NCBI GenBank assembly: GCA_000092065.1
Contig: CP000593.1
Source: Ostreococcus lucimarinus
Lineage: Eukaryota
Direction: 5' to 3' (one strand)
DNA length: 64,000 nucleotides
The stretch's first letter is position 1. Each line of letters starts with the position of its first letter. Positions 28,662-40,031 of this stretch are shown here, one piece after another. The position numbers were made by a program, and so were the translations under genes. Under the pieces are notes generated by a model, which was given only the letters and a program-made list of their open reading frames with translations, did not search any database and had not been told where the DNA came from.

Positions 28662-31425
28662 TCACTCGAGCGACTTGGAGACGATCTCGAAGACGTTTTC
28701 GCTCAGACCCGTCTTGGCGGCGATGCGCTCGAGCTGCGCCTTCATCGCCGACGCGCGCGTCGGCTCGAATTTGCGCCAACGCGTAAACGCGGACACCATG
28801 CGAGAGGCGACTTGGCCGTTGAGATCGTCGAGCTCGAGGACGATGTCGGCGAGGAATTCGTAACCGGAGCCGTCGATGGCGTGAAAGTTGGTGGGAGAGG
28901 CGCAGAAACCACCGATGAGGGAGTACACTTTGTTGGGGTTCTTGATGTCGAAGGCGGAGCCGGCGGCGAGCGCGCGAACGTTGGCGAGGTTGTTCGGGAG
29001 CGACGACGCGGCTTGGATGCTGAGCCATTTGTTCATGACGAGCGGGTCGTGCGACCACTCGGCGTAAAACGCATCGATGGCTTTGATGCGTTCGTCGCAG
29101 TCTTTGCCGCTGAGCGCGCTCAGGGCGGCAATCTTATCCGTCATGTTGTCCGCGGCGACGTAGCGCTCGTACGTCATCGCGGCGATTTCCGGCGCGTCCA
29201 AATACGACAAATATCCGATGCACGCGTTTTTCAGCGATCGCGCGGCGCGATCGGCGGGTTCGTTCGAATACACCGCGGCGCTGTTCGCTTGCGCCGTGGC
29301 TTCCAACTCAGCGCGAAGCTCCGTGGCGAGCGTCTTCATGACAAAGTCGCGAGCGGCGTGCACGGCGGCGGGATCCACCGTGCCCTCTTCGAGCATGTCG
29401 CTCAGCTCGCCCTCGGAAGGCACCATCATGGCGCGCGCGATGAACGCCTTGTCCGCGTCGGCAGCCTTGGCGCCCGAAAGAATCGTGCGCATCGCCGCCG
29501 TGATGGCGTCGTTCATCTTGAATGACTGCTCGCCGCCCTTGATCAGATCCAGGCAGAGGTTTCTGAGCAGCGTCTGCCCAGCCTCCCATCGGTTGAACGC
29601 GTCCGAGTCGTTCGCCATGAGGAACAACAAGTCGTCTTGCGTCAAGTTGGTCGTCAAACGCACGGGCGCGCTGAAGTTGCGCAAGATGCTCGGCACGGGC
29701 TTGGCGTCGACGCCGGTGAAAGTGTACGTCGCCGAGGCTTGATCGAAACGAAGCACCGCCGTCGTGCCGTGGGATTTGCCGTCGATCGTGAGGTTCATGT
29801 CTGCACCGTCGGGACCAACGAGACCAACGGCGATCGGGCACAAGACCGGAACCTTGGAGTCTTGACCGGGCGTTTTCGGAACCACTTGCGAGCATTCGAG
29901 GGTGAACGTCTTCGCGGCGGCGTCGTAAGACCCGTTCGCGGTGACGCGCGGCGTACCCGCTTGGGAGTACCAGGGCTTGAACGTGGACAAGTCCGCACCG
30001 TTGGCGTCGCACATGGCGGCGAAGAAATCCTCCGTCGTCACCGCTTGACCGTCGTGACGTTCAAAGTACAAATCCATCCCCTTGCGGAACCCATCCTTGC
30101 CGAGGAGCGTCTCGTACATGCGCACGACTTCCGCTCCCTTTTCGTAAACTGTCACGGTGTAAAAGTTATCCATCTTAATGTACGATTCCCGGGCGAATCC
30201 GGTGCGCCATCGGACCCGCGTCTTGGGCGAATTGCGCCATGCGAAGGCGCGAGACGTCGCCGATGCGCTTGACGCCTCGCGAGTTCATATCCGCGCTGAA
30301 CTCTTGGTCTCTGTACACAGTCAGCCCTTCCTTGAGGGACAGTTGGAACCAATCACGACACGTCACACGGTTTCCAGTGTAGTTGTGAAAGTATTCGTGC
30401 GCCACGACACCTTCAATGGCGGCGTAATCGGCATCCGTGGCGCTCTGCGGCGTCGCCAACACGAGACGCGAGTTGAAAATGTTCAGCGACTTGTTCTCCA
30501 TGGCGCCCATGTTGAAATCGTCCACGGCGACGATGTTGAAAAGCTCCAAGTCGTACTCCAAACCATACGTGTCTTCGTCCCATTTCATGGATTTGATCAA
30601 GCTCGTCATCGCGTGCGCGCACTTGTCCAAGTTGTGCGTCTCGGTGAAGATGCGAAGCGTCACTTCTTTGCCCGTCATCGTCTTGAATTTATCCTCCACC
30701 ATCCCGAGATCACCCGCGACGAGCGCGAAAAGGTAACACGGTTTTGCCCACGGATCTTCCCACACGGTGAAGTGCTTACCACCCTCCAAATCTCCAGAAT
30801 CCACCAAGTTTCCGTTGCCGAGCAGCACCGGATACTTCGTCTTATCCGCCGTGATGCGCGTCGTGAATATCGACATCACATCCGGTCTATCTTGATAAAA
30901 CGTGATTCGTCGGAAACCTTCCGCCTCGCATTGCGTGCAAAAGTTCCCAGACGACTTATAAAGTCCCTCGAGCGCGGTGTTCTCTTGCGGCTTAATCGTC
31001 GTCGTCACTCGCAAATCAAACGCCTCCGTCGGCAGCGCGCGCAGCGTGATCCCCTTCCCCGTCCGTTCGTACGTCGTGAATTTCGCGCCGTCCACCTCGA
31101 TCGCCGCCAACTCCACCGATTCATCGCCGTTCAGGAACAACGATTTCCCATTCGCATCGTTCGCCGGTCGAACTCGAATCGTCGACGTCACCGTCGTCGT
31201 CGCCTCCCCGAGCTCAAAGTCCAAATTCACCCTTTCGAACGCGTACGCCGGTCGCTCGTAATCCTTCAGATATATCGTCTTCGGCGCCTCCGTCGGCGTC
31301 TCCGTCGCCGTCGTCATCGCGCGCGGCTTCACCGCGCTCGTTCGCGACGTCGCGTTCGATGGTTTCGGTCGTGACGTCAGCGCTCGAAACGCCGCGCTCG
31401 CGACGCCTCGCGCGCTCGATCGCAT
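28662..31425 (-). CDS. M1 aminopeptidase N (bacterial PepN type) with a transit-like N-terminus; the reading frame is broken by a single extra nucleotide near 30178-30180 (possible pseudogene or sequence error)
   Basis: ORFs 30175..31545 and 28662..30173 are collinear with PepN. The first carries the zinc site [28 protein letters not shown] and ends ...[10 protein letters not shown]. The second begins [25 protein letters not shown], matching E. coli ...[23 protein letters not shown]. Deleting one C restores GIVIKMDNFY. Start ATG at 31423-31425 ([13 protein letters not shown]...). Confidence 0.8.
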
Positions 31426-31698
31426 CGTCGGCGCCGACGCTCGCTCGGGCGTCGTCTCGGGGATTCGTCGCGGCGCGCGCGAGCGTCCGGGCGCGCGTCG
31501 TCGTCGCGCTGTGCGGCGCCGAGCGCGACTGCGAGCGAAAAGCACACTTTCCAGCGCTTCAAAACGCGGCGACGCGGCGCGCGTCGCGTCGAGCGCGACC
31601 GCGGCGCGCGCGCGCGTCGCGAAGGCTTTATAACGGGCGCGCGCGGCGTCGGCGCGCGGAATCGCCGCGCGACGCGCGCGAAAGACGGCGAAACGTCG

Positions 31699-33147
31699 AT
31701 GGTGGAAAACTCGTCCGCGACGGGGACGACTCGAGAAACGTACGAAAGCGCCAAGCGCGCGCGCGAAGACGCGCGAACGGAGATCGCCATGGATGCCGTG
31801 CGCCGCGCGGGCGACGCAGACGCGTCAACGAGCGCGACGGTGAGGGATGGGGAGGTGTTTTCGAAGAATTTGTACTTTGAGCACCCGTCGACGACGGCGC
31901 GAAGCGCGAGAGCGACGGAAGACGCGATGCGAGCGCGCGGCGTGCGCGTGGTGCGAGGGGCAGATGTGCCCAAAATCGTGACGACGTTCGAGGAGGCGTC
32001 GTTCCCGGCGTACGTGATGGACGATTTGAAGGAGCGCGGTTTGGCGACGCCGACGCCGTGTCAGTGCCAGGCGTGGCCGATCGCGCTGAGCGGACGAGAC
32101 TTGATCGCGGTCGCGGAGACGGGGTCTGGAAAGACGTTGGCGTACGTGTTACCCGCGATCGTGCACGTGAACGCGCAGCCGGTGCTGGAGAAGGGGGAGG
32201 GGCCGATCGCGTTGGTGCTCGCGCCGACTCGAGAGTTGGCGAGTCAAATCGAACTCGAGGTCGCCAAATTCGCGGCGTCGAGCGAGATCAAGCACGCGTG
32301 CGTTACCGGTGGCGTCCCAAAAGGTCCGCAAATAAAAGCGTTGAAATCAGGAGGGAGCGAGATTTGCGTCGCGACGCCGGGCCGCCTGATTGATTTTTTG
32401 GACGGCGGGCAGACGAATTTGCGACGAACGTCGTTCGTCGTCCTAGACGAGGCAGATCGAATGCTCGACATGGGTTTCGAGCCGCAGATTCGTCGAATCA
32501 TCGCTCAAACGCGCTGCGATCGCCAAACGCTCCTGTTCACCGCGACGTGGCCGGTGGAGGTGCGAGAAGTGGCGAGAGAGTTTATTCGCAACGACCCGGT
32601 GGAGATGCGCGTCGGCGGCGCGGGCGACGGTTTGCTCGCATCGAAAAACGTCGAACAAATCGTGCACATAGTCGAAGACGCGGAGGCAAAGTACGCTAAA
32701 CTCATGGATATTTTAGAAGAAGAGATGGACGGGAGCTCGATCTTGGTCTTCGTCGAGACCAAGGCGCTCGTGGACCAGCTGACGCGTCGACTCCGTTCGG
32801 AGGGTTGGCCCGCGCTCGGCTTGCACGGCGACAAAGAACAGAAAGAGCGCGACTGGGTCCTCGAAGAATTTCGCGCCGCGCGATCGCCGATCATGATCAG
32901 CACCGACGTTGCCAGTCGCGGCTTGGACGTCGTCGGCGTGAAGCTCGTCGTCAACCACGACTTTCCGAAGAGCGTCGAGGAATACGTCCACAGAATCGGT
33001 CGCACCGGTCGCGCCGGACGCAAAGGCAAATCGCACACGTTCTTCTCTATCTTGCGCGACGGCAAGCACGCGCGAGAGCTCGCGCACGTCTTACGCGCGT
33101 CGAATCAATCGATCCCGCGCGCTCTCGAGGGCGTCGTCGCCGACTGA
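31699..33147 (+). CDS. DEAD-box ATP-dependent RNA helicase (DDX5/p68-like)
   Basis: ATG at 31699. Motifs [52 protein letters not shown]. Confidence 0.9.
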   Translation: MVENSSATGTTRETYESAKRAREDARTEIAMDAVRRAGDADASTSATVRDGEVFSKNLYFEHPSTTARSARATEDAMRARGVRVVRGADVPKIVTTFEEASFPAYVMDDLKERGLATPTPCQCQAWPIALSGRDLIAVAETGSGKTLAYVLPAIVHVNAQPVLEKGEGPIALVLAPTRELASQIELEVAKFAASSEIKHACVTGGVPKGPQIKALKSGGSEICVATPGRLIDFLDGGQTNLRRTSFVVLDEADRMLDMGFEPQIRRIIAQTRCDRQTLLFTATWPVEVREVAREFIRNDPVEMRVGGAGDGLLASKNVEQIVHIVEDAEAKYAKLMDILEEEMDGSSILVFVETKALVDQLTRRLRSEGWPALGLHGDKEQKERDWVLEEFRAARSPIMISTDVASRGLDVVGVKLVVNHDFPKSVEEYVHRIGRTGRAGRKGKSHTFFSILRDGKHARELAHVLRASNQSIPRALEGVVAD

Positions 33148-33253
33148 GCGTCGCCCTTCGCCGCGCCCGTAGCCTCACTTCGCCGCTCGCGACGTCCCGT
33201 CGTCGGTCGCCGTAAATAACGCACGCAACTCAACGCACGATCTCTCCACGGCG

Positions 33254-33937
33254 ATGTCCCTCGCGAAGACGTACCTCGCGTCGTACAACGCCGCGCTCGT
33301 CGCCGGCTGGTCCTACGTCCTCATCCTCGCCTTCGCCGCGCTCCGCACCGCCGGCCCCTCCGCCGTCTACGCCGCCGTCGAGCGCCCGCTCGCGCTCGCA
33401 CAGACCGCCGCCGTGCTCGAGATCGCGCACGCCGCGTGCGGGATCGCGCGATCGCCCGTGCTCGTCACCGCGATGCAGGTGAGCAGCAGGTTGATGGTCG
33501 TCTGGGGCGTCTTACATCTCGCCCCGGTCTCGCGCACGGCGAGTCTGGACGTCGTCGGACCGCTGAAAATCGGCGTACCGTCGCTCATGCTCGCCTGGGG
33601 CGTCACCGAGGTCGTGCGGTATAGCTTTTACTTTTTTAAGCTCGTTCGGGGCGACGTGCCGAGGGCGGTGACGTGGTGTCGATACACGTTGTTCATCGTG
33701 CTGTACCCGCTAGGCGTGAGCTCTGAGCTGTTTCTGGCGTACAGCGGGTTCAAATATTTGGTAAAAACGAACCCGTTGGCGTACGAGATGCCGAATGCGG
33801 TGAACTTTGCGTTTCATTTGCCGACGGCGATGCTCATGTTCTTCGCGGGATACGCGCCGGGCTTTCCGATGTTGTACGGGTACATGCTCGGCCAACGCAA
33901 GAAGGTTTTGGGTGCGGCGAAGAGCAAGCGCGACTGA
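33254..33937 (+). CDS. Very-long-chain 3-hydroxyacyl-CoA dehydratase (HACD/PHS1/PTPLA family)
   Basis: ATG at 33254. Multi-TM protein with VRYSFYF and TLFIVLYPLGVSSE motifs. Confidence 0.8.
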   Translation: MSLAKTYLASYNAALVAGWSYVLILAFAALRTAGPSAVYAAVERPLALAQTAAVLEIAHAACGIARSPVLVTAMQVSSRLMVVWGVLHLAPVSRTASLDVVGPLKIGVPSLMLAWGVTEVVRYSFYFFKLVRGDVPRAVTWCRYTLFIVLYPLGVSSELFLAYSGFKYLVKTNPLAYEMPNAVNFAFHLPTAMLMFFAGYAPGFPMLYGYMLGQRKKVLGAAKSKRD

Positions 33938-34046
33938 GCGTAGTAGTATTGCCCGAGCGACGAGCGGGATCGATCGAACGGGGTAGATGTAAATGTTGAA
34001 ATATGACGTCGTCGACACGCTACTAGACTACGGGACTGCTACGGGT

Positions 34047-35078
34047 TTACATGAACAAGGGAACGCGCTCCTCGACGTTTTTCGCCAGCTTCGAATTCGA
34101 ATTCGCGCGTAAAAACTTCACCAACACCAAGTGAGTGAACATGACGAGACACAAGAACGCGTTCAGGTACACCACGGTTTCTCGACGCCAATAATTCGTC
34201 CACTGGTACGCCCAGTCGCCGTTCAGCACCATGACGTTGAACTGACCGATGATGAAAAACGTGCTGGCGTAAAAGATCGGCTGCGACATGTAGCACTTTG
34301 GGAACACCAATCGCCCGAGAGAGGCCTCGATGAGCAACAACAAGACGTTGCCCAAGTACCCTATCATGTATTGCGGCTCGAGGTAACACAGGCGCGAGGC
34401 GGGATCGAGAAACGTCGTCAACTTCCCTCTCGCGCTCGACGGCACGCACTGCGGGGCGAACGCCGCCTCAAAGAGCACGATGACGAGAAATGAAACGCTC
34501 ATCGTGAAAGCGATGGTGTACAGCGCCATAACCCAGTGTCCCAACGTGTTACACCGCCCGCTGTGGCCGAGGTAGTGATCGTGCGTCGCCGTTCTCGAAC
34601 ACATCCCCGCGAGCGACGCCAGCGTCGCGAAAAAGAAAAACAGCGTCACCGAGTGCACGGTCCAATCGTGCAGATTCAAAAAGTACGACATGTCCAACCC
34701 ATACATCTCCGTCTCCGCGTTCACCGTCAATCGCGGCGCGATTTTCTCTCGCACTTCGTAGTACGCGCACGCCGCCGTCGCGCACGCTCGATACGCCAAC
34801 AAAAACACCCCAGACTTCCCGAACGACTCCGCCCACACGCTTCGATTCGTCGCCCCGCCCGCGTACGCCAACCCACCGTTCATGCGATAGTACTGCAAGT
34901 TATCGCCCGCGAACCCGAACCACATGAACGTCGACACCGCGCTCGCCGTCGCCCACAGGTACCTCAGCGGGTCGTTCTTCCAGTCCATCGCCGCGTCCAC
35001 GTCGTTCAGCAGCTCTTGCACCTTCGTCGCGTTCACCACCGCGGTGCCGTTCACCATCGCGCGCACGAGCGACGCCAT
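34047..35078 (-). CDS. Multi-pass membrane protein of unknown family
   Basis: 344-aa hydrophobic ORF from the ATG at 35076-35078 (MASLVRAMVNG...). The track ORF extends upstream to 36173 through low-complexity sequence that includes the microsatellite, which is unlikely to be real. Confidence 0.5.
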   Translation of the reverse strand: MASLVRAMVNGTAVVNATKVQELLNDVDAAMDWKNDPLRYLWATASAVSTFMWFGFAGDNLQYYRMNGGLAYAGGATNRSVWAESFGKSGVFLLAYRACATAACAYYEVREKIAPRLTVNAETEMYGLDMSYFLNLHDWTVHSVTLFFFFATLASLAGMCSRTATHDHYLGHSGRCNTLGHWVMALYTIAFTMSVSFLVIVLFEAAFAPQCVPSSARGKLTTFLDPASRLCYLEPQYMIGYLGNVLLLLIEASLGRLVFPKCYMSQPIFYASTFFIIGQFNVMVLNGDWAYQWTNYWRRETVVYLNAFLCLVMFTHLVLVKFLRANSNSKLAKNVEERVPLFM

Positions 35079-35282
35079 CGCGCGTCCCCGAGGGTGTTGC
35101 GCCCTCGTCGATTCGCCCGATCGAGCCCTCGCGCGCGCCCGCTCGCGCCGCGCGCGTCCCGCGCGCGTCCCGTCCGTCGCCGTCGCGTCCTCGCGCGTCG
35201 CGTCGCGGCCGTCGCGAAGTCGCGCGTCGCCGAGTCGCGTTCGTCGCGTCACTCGCGCGCGCAACACCAATCGTTCGCAAAA

Positions 35283-35810
35283 ATGTTCGCGTCGACGCTC
35301 TCGCGCGCCGCCGTCGTCGCCGCCGCGCGCGCGCCGGACGCGGACGCGTCCATCGCGTCGCGCCGCGCCGCGGTCGCCGCGGGCGCGCTCGCGGTCGCGC
35401 TCGCGCCGCGCGGCGCGCGCGCGCGCGGCCTGCCGACGCTCGAGTGCGCGAACGAACTCGTCGTCGGCGCGCGCGGGCTGGCGTTCTGCGACGCCGTCGT
35501 CGGCGACGGCGCGACGCCGACGGCGTCGAGCGTCATCAAGGCGCACTACGTCGGGCGGTTGGAGAGCGGACGCGCGTTCGACTCGAGCTACGAGCGCGGC
35601 GCGCCGCTGCAGTTTAAACCGTCGCAGGTGATTCAGGGCTGGGGACTCGGGATCTGCGGCGACGGCGACGCGATACCCGCGATGCGCGTGGGAGGGAAGC
35701 GACGGTTGGTGATCCCGCCGGAGCTCGGGTACGGGGCGCGAGGCGCGGGAGGGGCGATACCGCCGAACGCGACGCTGTACTTCGACGTCGAGCTCGTCGC
35801 CGTCGCGTGA
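35283..35810 (+). CDS. FKBP-type peptidyl-prolyl cis-trans isomerase with a targeting-like N-terminal extension
   Basis: FKBP domain: VIKAHYVGRLESGRAFDSSYERGAPLQFKPSQVIQGWGLGI ... MRVGGKRRLVIPPELGYG ... ATLYFDVELVAV. ATG at 35283 (MFASTLSRAAVVAAARAP...). The track ORF start at 34536 is upstream read-through. Confidence 0.8.
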   Translation: MFASTLSRAAVVAAARAPDADASIASRRAAVAAGALAVALAPRGARARGLPTLECANELVVGARGLAFCDAVVGDGATPTASSVIKAHYVGRLESGRAFDSSYERGAPLQFKPSQVIQGWGLGICGDGDAIPAMRVGGKRRLVIPPELGYGARGAGGAIPPNATLYFDVELVAVA

Positions 35811-35875
35811 GGCCGACGTCGTCGCGCGTCGGTCGCGCTGGTGACGGTTAGCGTTTTGAATACTTTTGTTCATCT

Positions 35876-35982
35876 GTTTCGTTTCGTTTCGTTTCGTTTC
35901 GTCTTCGTCGTCGTCTTCGTCGTCGTCTTCGTCTTCGTCTTCGCGGCGCCGCGGCGACGGCGACGGCGACGGCGACGGCGTC
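35876..35982. repeat. Compound microsatellite: (gtttc)5, (gtcttc/gtcgtc)n, (ggcgac)4
   Basis: Direct inspection. Located 3' of the FKBP gene. Confidence 0.8.
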
Positions 35983-36578
35983 GCCGCACACGACGTCGCG
36001 CAAAAGCGTCGACTTACGCGCCCGCTCGAACGTCGCGAACGCGTCATGCCCATCTTCTGAACCATCAAAACGGCCGCCGACGGCGCGATGTACGCCGTCG
36101 GCGCGACCGATAAGCTGCAAGGCACCGGCGTGTGGAGCTTCATCAAGGCTGAGCGCGACTCCGGCGCGAACAAGGCGGCGAATAAGACGAAGCGACCGGA
36201 GCAAAAGAAGAAGACGCCGCAGCGCTTCCCCGGGGGGAAGTGACGGGACGGCGAAGCTCGGTTCGAGCGCGCGGTGAGCGCGAAAGGTTACGTTATCTAA
36301 AGTGACGTGGCCTTCGGGACGCGCGAGCGAACGAAGAAACGACGAAACGACGCCGCGGCGCGCGCGCACGTGACGGGCATCGAACGAAATCGACTTCATA
36401 GTGAGTGTTCGAAGTTCGTGCTCCGATGACGCGCGCGCGTTGATGGTGAATCGTGATGTTGTTTAGTTTTTTACGCGGCGCCGGCGAGGGAGCGCGAACA
36501 GACCGCGTTTGTAGTGTGACCACGTTTTATGATTGTCGCTATGAATACGCTATGTTTTCTTACACTGTACGTTTCGTC

Positions 36579-39500
36579 CTAGTCGAGCCATGCCGGTCGC
36601 CTGGCGCCGTCGAATCGTTGATCATCGTTCTCGTAATCGCTAAAGGATTGACTTCGCTGCGTCGACGCGTCGTCGTCGAGCGTGTCGGCGTCGGAGGCGG
36701 AGTCCCACTCATGATCATCCGCGACGAACGCGTCGGAGTGCCCGAACGCGTTGTTTTCGACGTGATTGTAGTCGCTTCCAACCCCCAAAGCGCGAACATC
36801 GACCACTGGTACGCCGTAATGTCCGCCGTCGCGCTGGCGCGTGCCGCGAGAGCCTCGCTTCGCGGTCGCGGCGTCGCCGCCGTATATCTTTGAACCGGTC
36901 TTACGCACCCAAGGCGCGCCACCGTCGTACTCGCGTTCGTTATCATAACGATGATGAATCAGCTCCGCGATATCATCGTCGTCGCCTTGTCCGAGCGACC
37001 ACGCGTCTCGCGAGTTCACCGAGTCGCCGCGCACGGGGCCTCCCGCGTACGAGCCTAGTTTCATTTTGGCCGCCGCGACAGTGCTCTTGTCGAACAAGAA
37101 CGCGTAATCGGGCTGATATTCGGGACGGTACGTCTCCGAACCGACGATTAACCCGGTCATGATGGCTTCGTGATACTGAGGTAAGTTTTTCCACGAGCGC
37201 GCGATGTCTCGACGCGACTTGCCCCAGTTATGCCACGCGACTGCGATTTGCCACAAACCCATGACGCCCAAAAGGGCGAAGAACATACCCATGAACGGCA
37301 TCCCCGCTTCGCTGAACGGTCGTTCTGCGAAACGCAGCTGTACGCGTGGCGGTGGAGCGACGAAATCTCCCGCCGACAACGCCCCGACTGTCGCGTCGCG
37401 ATACTGATGAAAGTACGTCGTCGCGACGCCGGTGCTTTGCACGATGGCCGTGAGCGCGCCGTTGTCGTGCGGCGGGTTTAATATTTCACCCCCAATCTCA
37501 TACGCAAGCGGAGGAGCATTGTTCTTACTCGAATGTTCAAAGTCTTTCGTCGGTTTCGCCAAATCAGGTGTCCAGTGGTACGAGAACATCCAAAGACCGA
37601 TGAGAGCGTGAATCGAGACTGAGATGAAAAGCACCTTCGCCGCCGTCATGGGAAGCGTGCTCTTCGATCTTTCGGGCAACTTGCACACTTTCAACAGGAG
37701 GCGGTAATCGTACAGGTACACCAACACGAAGTACATCGACAAAACCAAGTATATCAGCGGCATACCGCTCGAAAAGGTCATCGCCGCCATAATCGTAAAG
37801 CAAACGTCGCCGCACTTGGCGCCGGTGTCAAACGATGGCCCTTCAAACGCCTTGTTCAGCTTTGCTTGCGTGTGACAGTACGCCACGGAGAATTTTCGAC
37901 CGACATGCGTGATGATGTCTACAAGTACTCGAGCCAAAATACGTATCGTCACGCTCATCATGATTGCGAAAAACAACACCAAGCCGACGTCGTTGAACCA
38001 TTCGCTCGTGAAATCTGCGTACTCGCCTTTGAGCCCAAACATTTGCTTGATGAGCGGGAAATACCTGCCAATGTGATAGAAATTGGCGTTGAGCAAGCCA
38101 TAAATAACCGCGACGTTCAAATATCGCACCCAGAAGATTATTTTCGTCTTGAGCACCTTCGTGGCACTGCGCGTGCGCAAACGTTCTGCGGCGACGAGGA
38201 GGGGCACAATCCATTCGAGGAGGACGTTCATGAGCGTAATGCAAAACGACACCCACAACCAGTTGTAATACTCTCCTGGACCGAGGTTCACGTATTTCGC
38301 GCACGAGTGGCGAATGGCTTTGTTGTATGCCCGAACAACCTCCGAAGTTAAGCCGTACTTCAGACTGGCGCAGTAGCACGCGTGACAGTTTTGCATCGTC
38401 GGACCTCCCGGACAACGGTTGGTGTCTTGGGCGCAATTCGTCAAATCACGAACCGCATCCTGCTGAGCGTAACGACGATCTAAGAGTGTGGCGTTGGGGT
38501 AGTCGTAGAAAGCGTAAATTGGCGCCCCCCAAGGCATGCCAACGTACGTTTTGTCCTTGGAAAAAGCCACGCCGCATTGGTCCAAGCGAGCTCTGCATGC
38601 TGTCCTGAACTGATTCTTATGCGTCTCGAATTGCTCAACCGGATTACCGTGGGCGACGACAATGCCAACATCGTCCGCAAGCGTAGTGACCATCATGTCT
38701 GCGTTCTCCCACAGCTTCTCCTTGTCATCCACGAGCATCTTCAAAAAGCCGTAACACAAGAGCACGACGGCCGAGCACGAGAATAGCACGACGAGTCGAC
38801 GCCATGAGCGATTCGAGAGATTCAGATTCTCGAATCGTACGTCCTCAGGTTCGGGAGCATCTCGCACTCTGTACTTCCGCTTTCCTCGGAAACGCTCTTT
38901 CCTAGGAAACGCAAAGATGTACGACATTATACTGCGCGTGTTGCGCAATATACAATCAATCTTTGAGCCTTCGGTTTCAAACGTGATGAAAGCACTACAC
39001 TGTTTCGCCCGCGTTCGCGCTCTTCTGCGCTTCAATTTCCTATCCACAGCCAATATCTCGTTTTCTATAGCCGTCTTCGTGCCGTCACCTCCGCGATTAC
39101 CTGCGGCGATGAGCGCAGCTTCGGCTTCGTCGTAATCCTCCAACAAGCGCCGACGCCGTCGCTGCGCGTTGATTTGCATACACTCCGTCTTTACGAGCAC
39201 GACGTCGGCTACCGTCCCAAACCTGAGCGCGAAAAAGCATCGCACTTCTTCATCGGTCGCATCGCTTGGTAATCCTGTAACTAATACCGTGTAATCCTTC
39301 AACGTCGCCGTCCCTCTCTCGACCCGTCGCTCCGTACGCATCAACACAAGCATAATCACTGGAACGCTCAATATAATTATCAAGGACACCACGACATCCA
39401 TCACCACCGAAAATCGAATGAAATCTATCTTACTGGAGCTCCACCGCAGCACCCCACTCGTTGTCCCCGCGAGCACCCACGCTCGTTGCGGCACATCGTC

Positions 39501-40031
39501 AGGCGCCACGGTCCCCAAGCTCGCGCTCATCGGATTCGCCCAGTGCCAATCGACGAACCACGAGTGAAACGACGTCGTCGGGCGTCCACTGAGCGCGTCC
39601 GCCGTCGGCGCTGTCGCGGTTTCAGGCTCCGCTTCGTAATGCGACGCGTAATACGTGCTCGTGTAATTAATGAACATCGCGGGCAAATTCAACGCGAACG
39701 CCGCGAAGAACAAGCACGCGAACGCCCGCAGCACGAAAAAGTATCCCGATACCCCCGCCCCGAACTCCAATCCCAAGTCTACTTCGGAGTCAAAATATTT
39801 AAGTTTTTCCAATTTCCCATCCTCGCTCAGCAGTCTCGGCTGCGCGCTGTCCGCGTGCGTCGCCGCCTCTTCCGCGCTCGGCGGCAGGTACACCCCGCGT
39901 TCCCGCTCCACGTCGCGGTGATCCTTCACCCGCGCGTCCTCGAACGCCTTTGTCGACAGCACCTTATCCGACGCGATTCGTGCGTCCGCACGCGCGCGCG
40001 CGGGCGTCGCTGGCGTCCAATTCGTGTCCAT
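36579..40031 (-). CDS. OSCA/CSC1/TMEM63-family (DUF221) stress-gated cation channel-like membrane protein
   Basis: N-terminal TM segment, a cytosolic RRM-like module (DYTVLVTGLPSD...AFITFETEGS) and a multi-TM C-terminal domain. First ATG at 40029-40031 (MDTNWTP); the track start at 40049 is GTG. Confidence 0.6.
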   Translation of the reverse strand: MDTNWTPATPARARADARIASDKVLSTKAFEDARVKDHRDVERERGVYLPPSAEEAATHADSAQPRLLSEDGKLEKLKYFDSEVDLGLEFGAGVSGYFFVLRAFACLFFAAFALNLPAMFINYTSTYYASHYEAEPETATAPTADALSGRPTTSFHSWFVDWHWANPMSASLGTVAPDDVPQRAWVLAGTTSGVLRWSSSKIDFIRFSVVMDVVVSLIIILSVPVIMLVLMRTERRVERGTATLKDYTVLVTGLPSDATDEEVRCFFALRFGTVADVVLVKTECMQINAQRRRRRLLEDYDEAEAALIAAGNRGGDGTKTAIENEILAVDRKLKRRRARTRAKQCSAFITFETEGSKIDCILRNTRSIMSYIFAFPRKERFRGKRKYRVRDAPEPEDVRFENLNLSNRSWRRLVVLFSCSAVVLLCYGFLKMLVDDKEKLWENADMMVTTLADDVGIVVAHGNPVEQFETHKNQFRTACRARLDQCGVAFSKDKTYVGMPWGAPIYAFYDYPNATLLDRRYAQQDAVRDLTNCAQDTNRCPGGPTMQNCHACYCASLKYGLTSEVVRAYNKAIRHSCAKYVNLGPGEYYNWLWVSFCITLMNVLLEWIVPLLVAAERLRTRSATKVLKTKIIFWVRYLNVAVIYGLLNANFYHIGRYFPLIKQMFGLKGEYADFTSEWFNDVGLVLFFAIMMSVTIRILARVLVDIITHVGRKFSVAYCHTQAKLNKAFEGPSFDTGAKCGDVCFTIMAAMTFSSGMPLIYLVLSMYFVLVYLYDYRLLLKVCKLPERSKSTLPMTAAKVLFISVSIHALIGLWMFSYHWTPDLAKPTKDFEHSSKNNAPPLAYEIGGEILNPPHDNGALTAIVQSTGVATTYFHQYRDATVGALSAGDFVAPPPRVQLRFAERPFSEAGMPFMGMFFALLGVMGLWQIAVAWHNWGKSRRDIARSWKNLPQYHEAIMTGLIVGSETYRPEYQPDYAFLFDKSTVAAAKMKLGSYAGGPVRGDSVNSRDAWSLGQGDDDDIAELIHHRYDNEREYDGGAPWVRKTGSKIYGGDAATAKRGSRGTRQRDGGHYGVPVVDVRALGVGSDYNHVENNAFGHSDAFVADDHEWDSASDADTLDDDASTQRSQSFSDYENDDQRFDGARRPAWLD

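Noticed and set aside
27738-29525. 595-aa plus-strand ORF across the mitochondrial carrier and aminopeptidase genes
   Set aside because: Antisense to two well-supported minus-strand genes; arginine-rich artefact.
34536-35282. The N-terminal 249 codons of track ORF 34536..35810, and the N-terminal 365 codons of ORF 34047..36173
   Set aside because: These are GTG/CTG-initiated upstream read-through into promoter and microsatellite sequence. The real proteins (FKBP and the membrane protein) start at internal ATGs with sensible N-termini.
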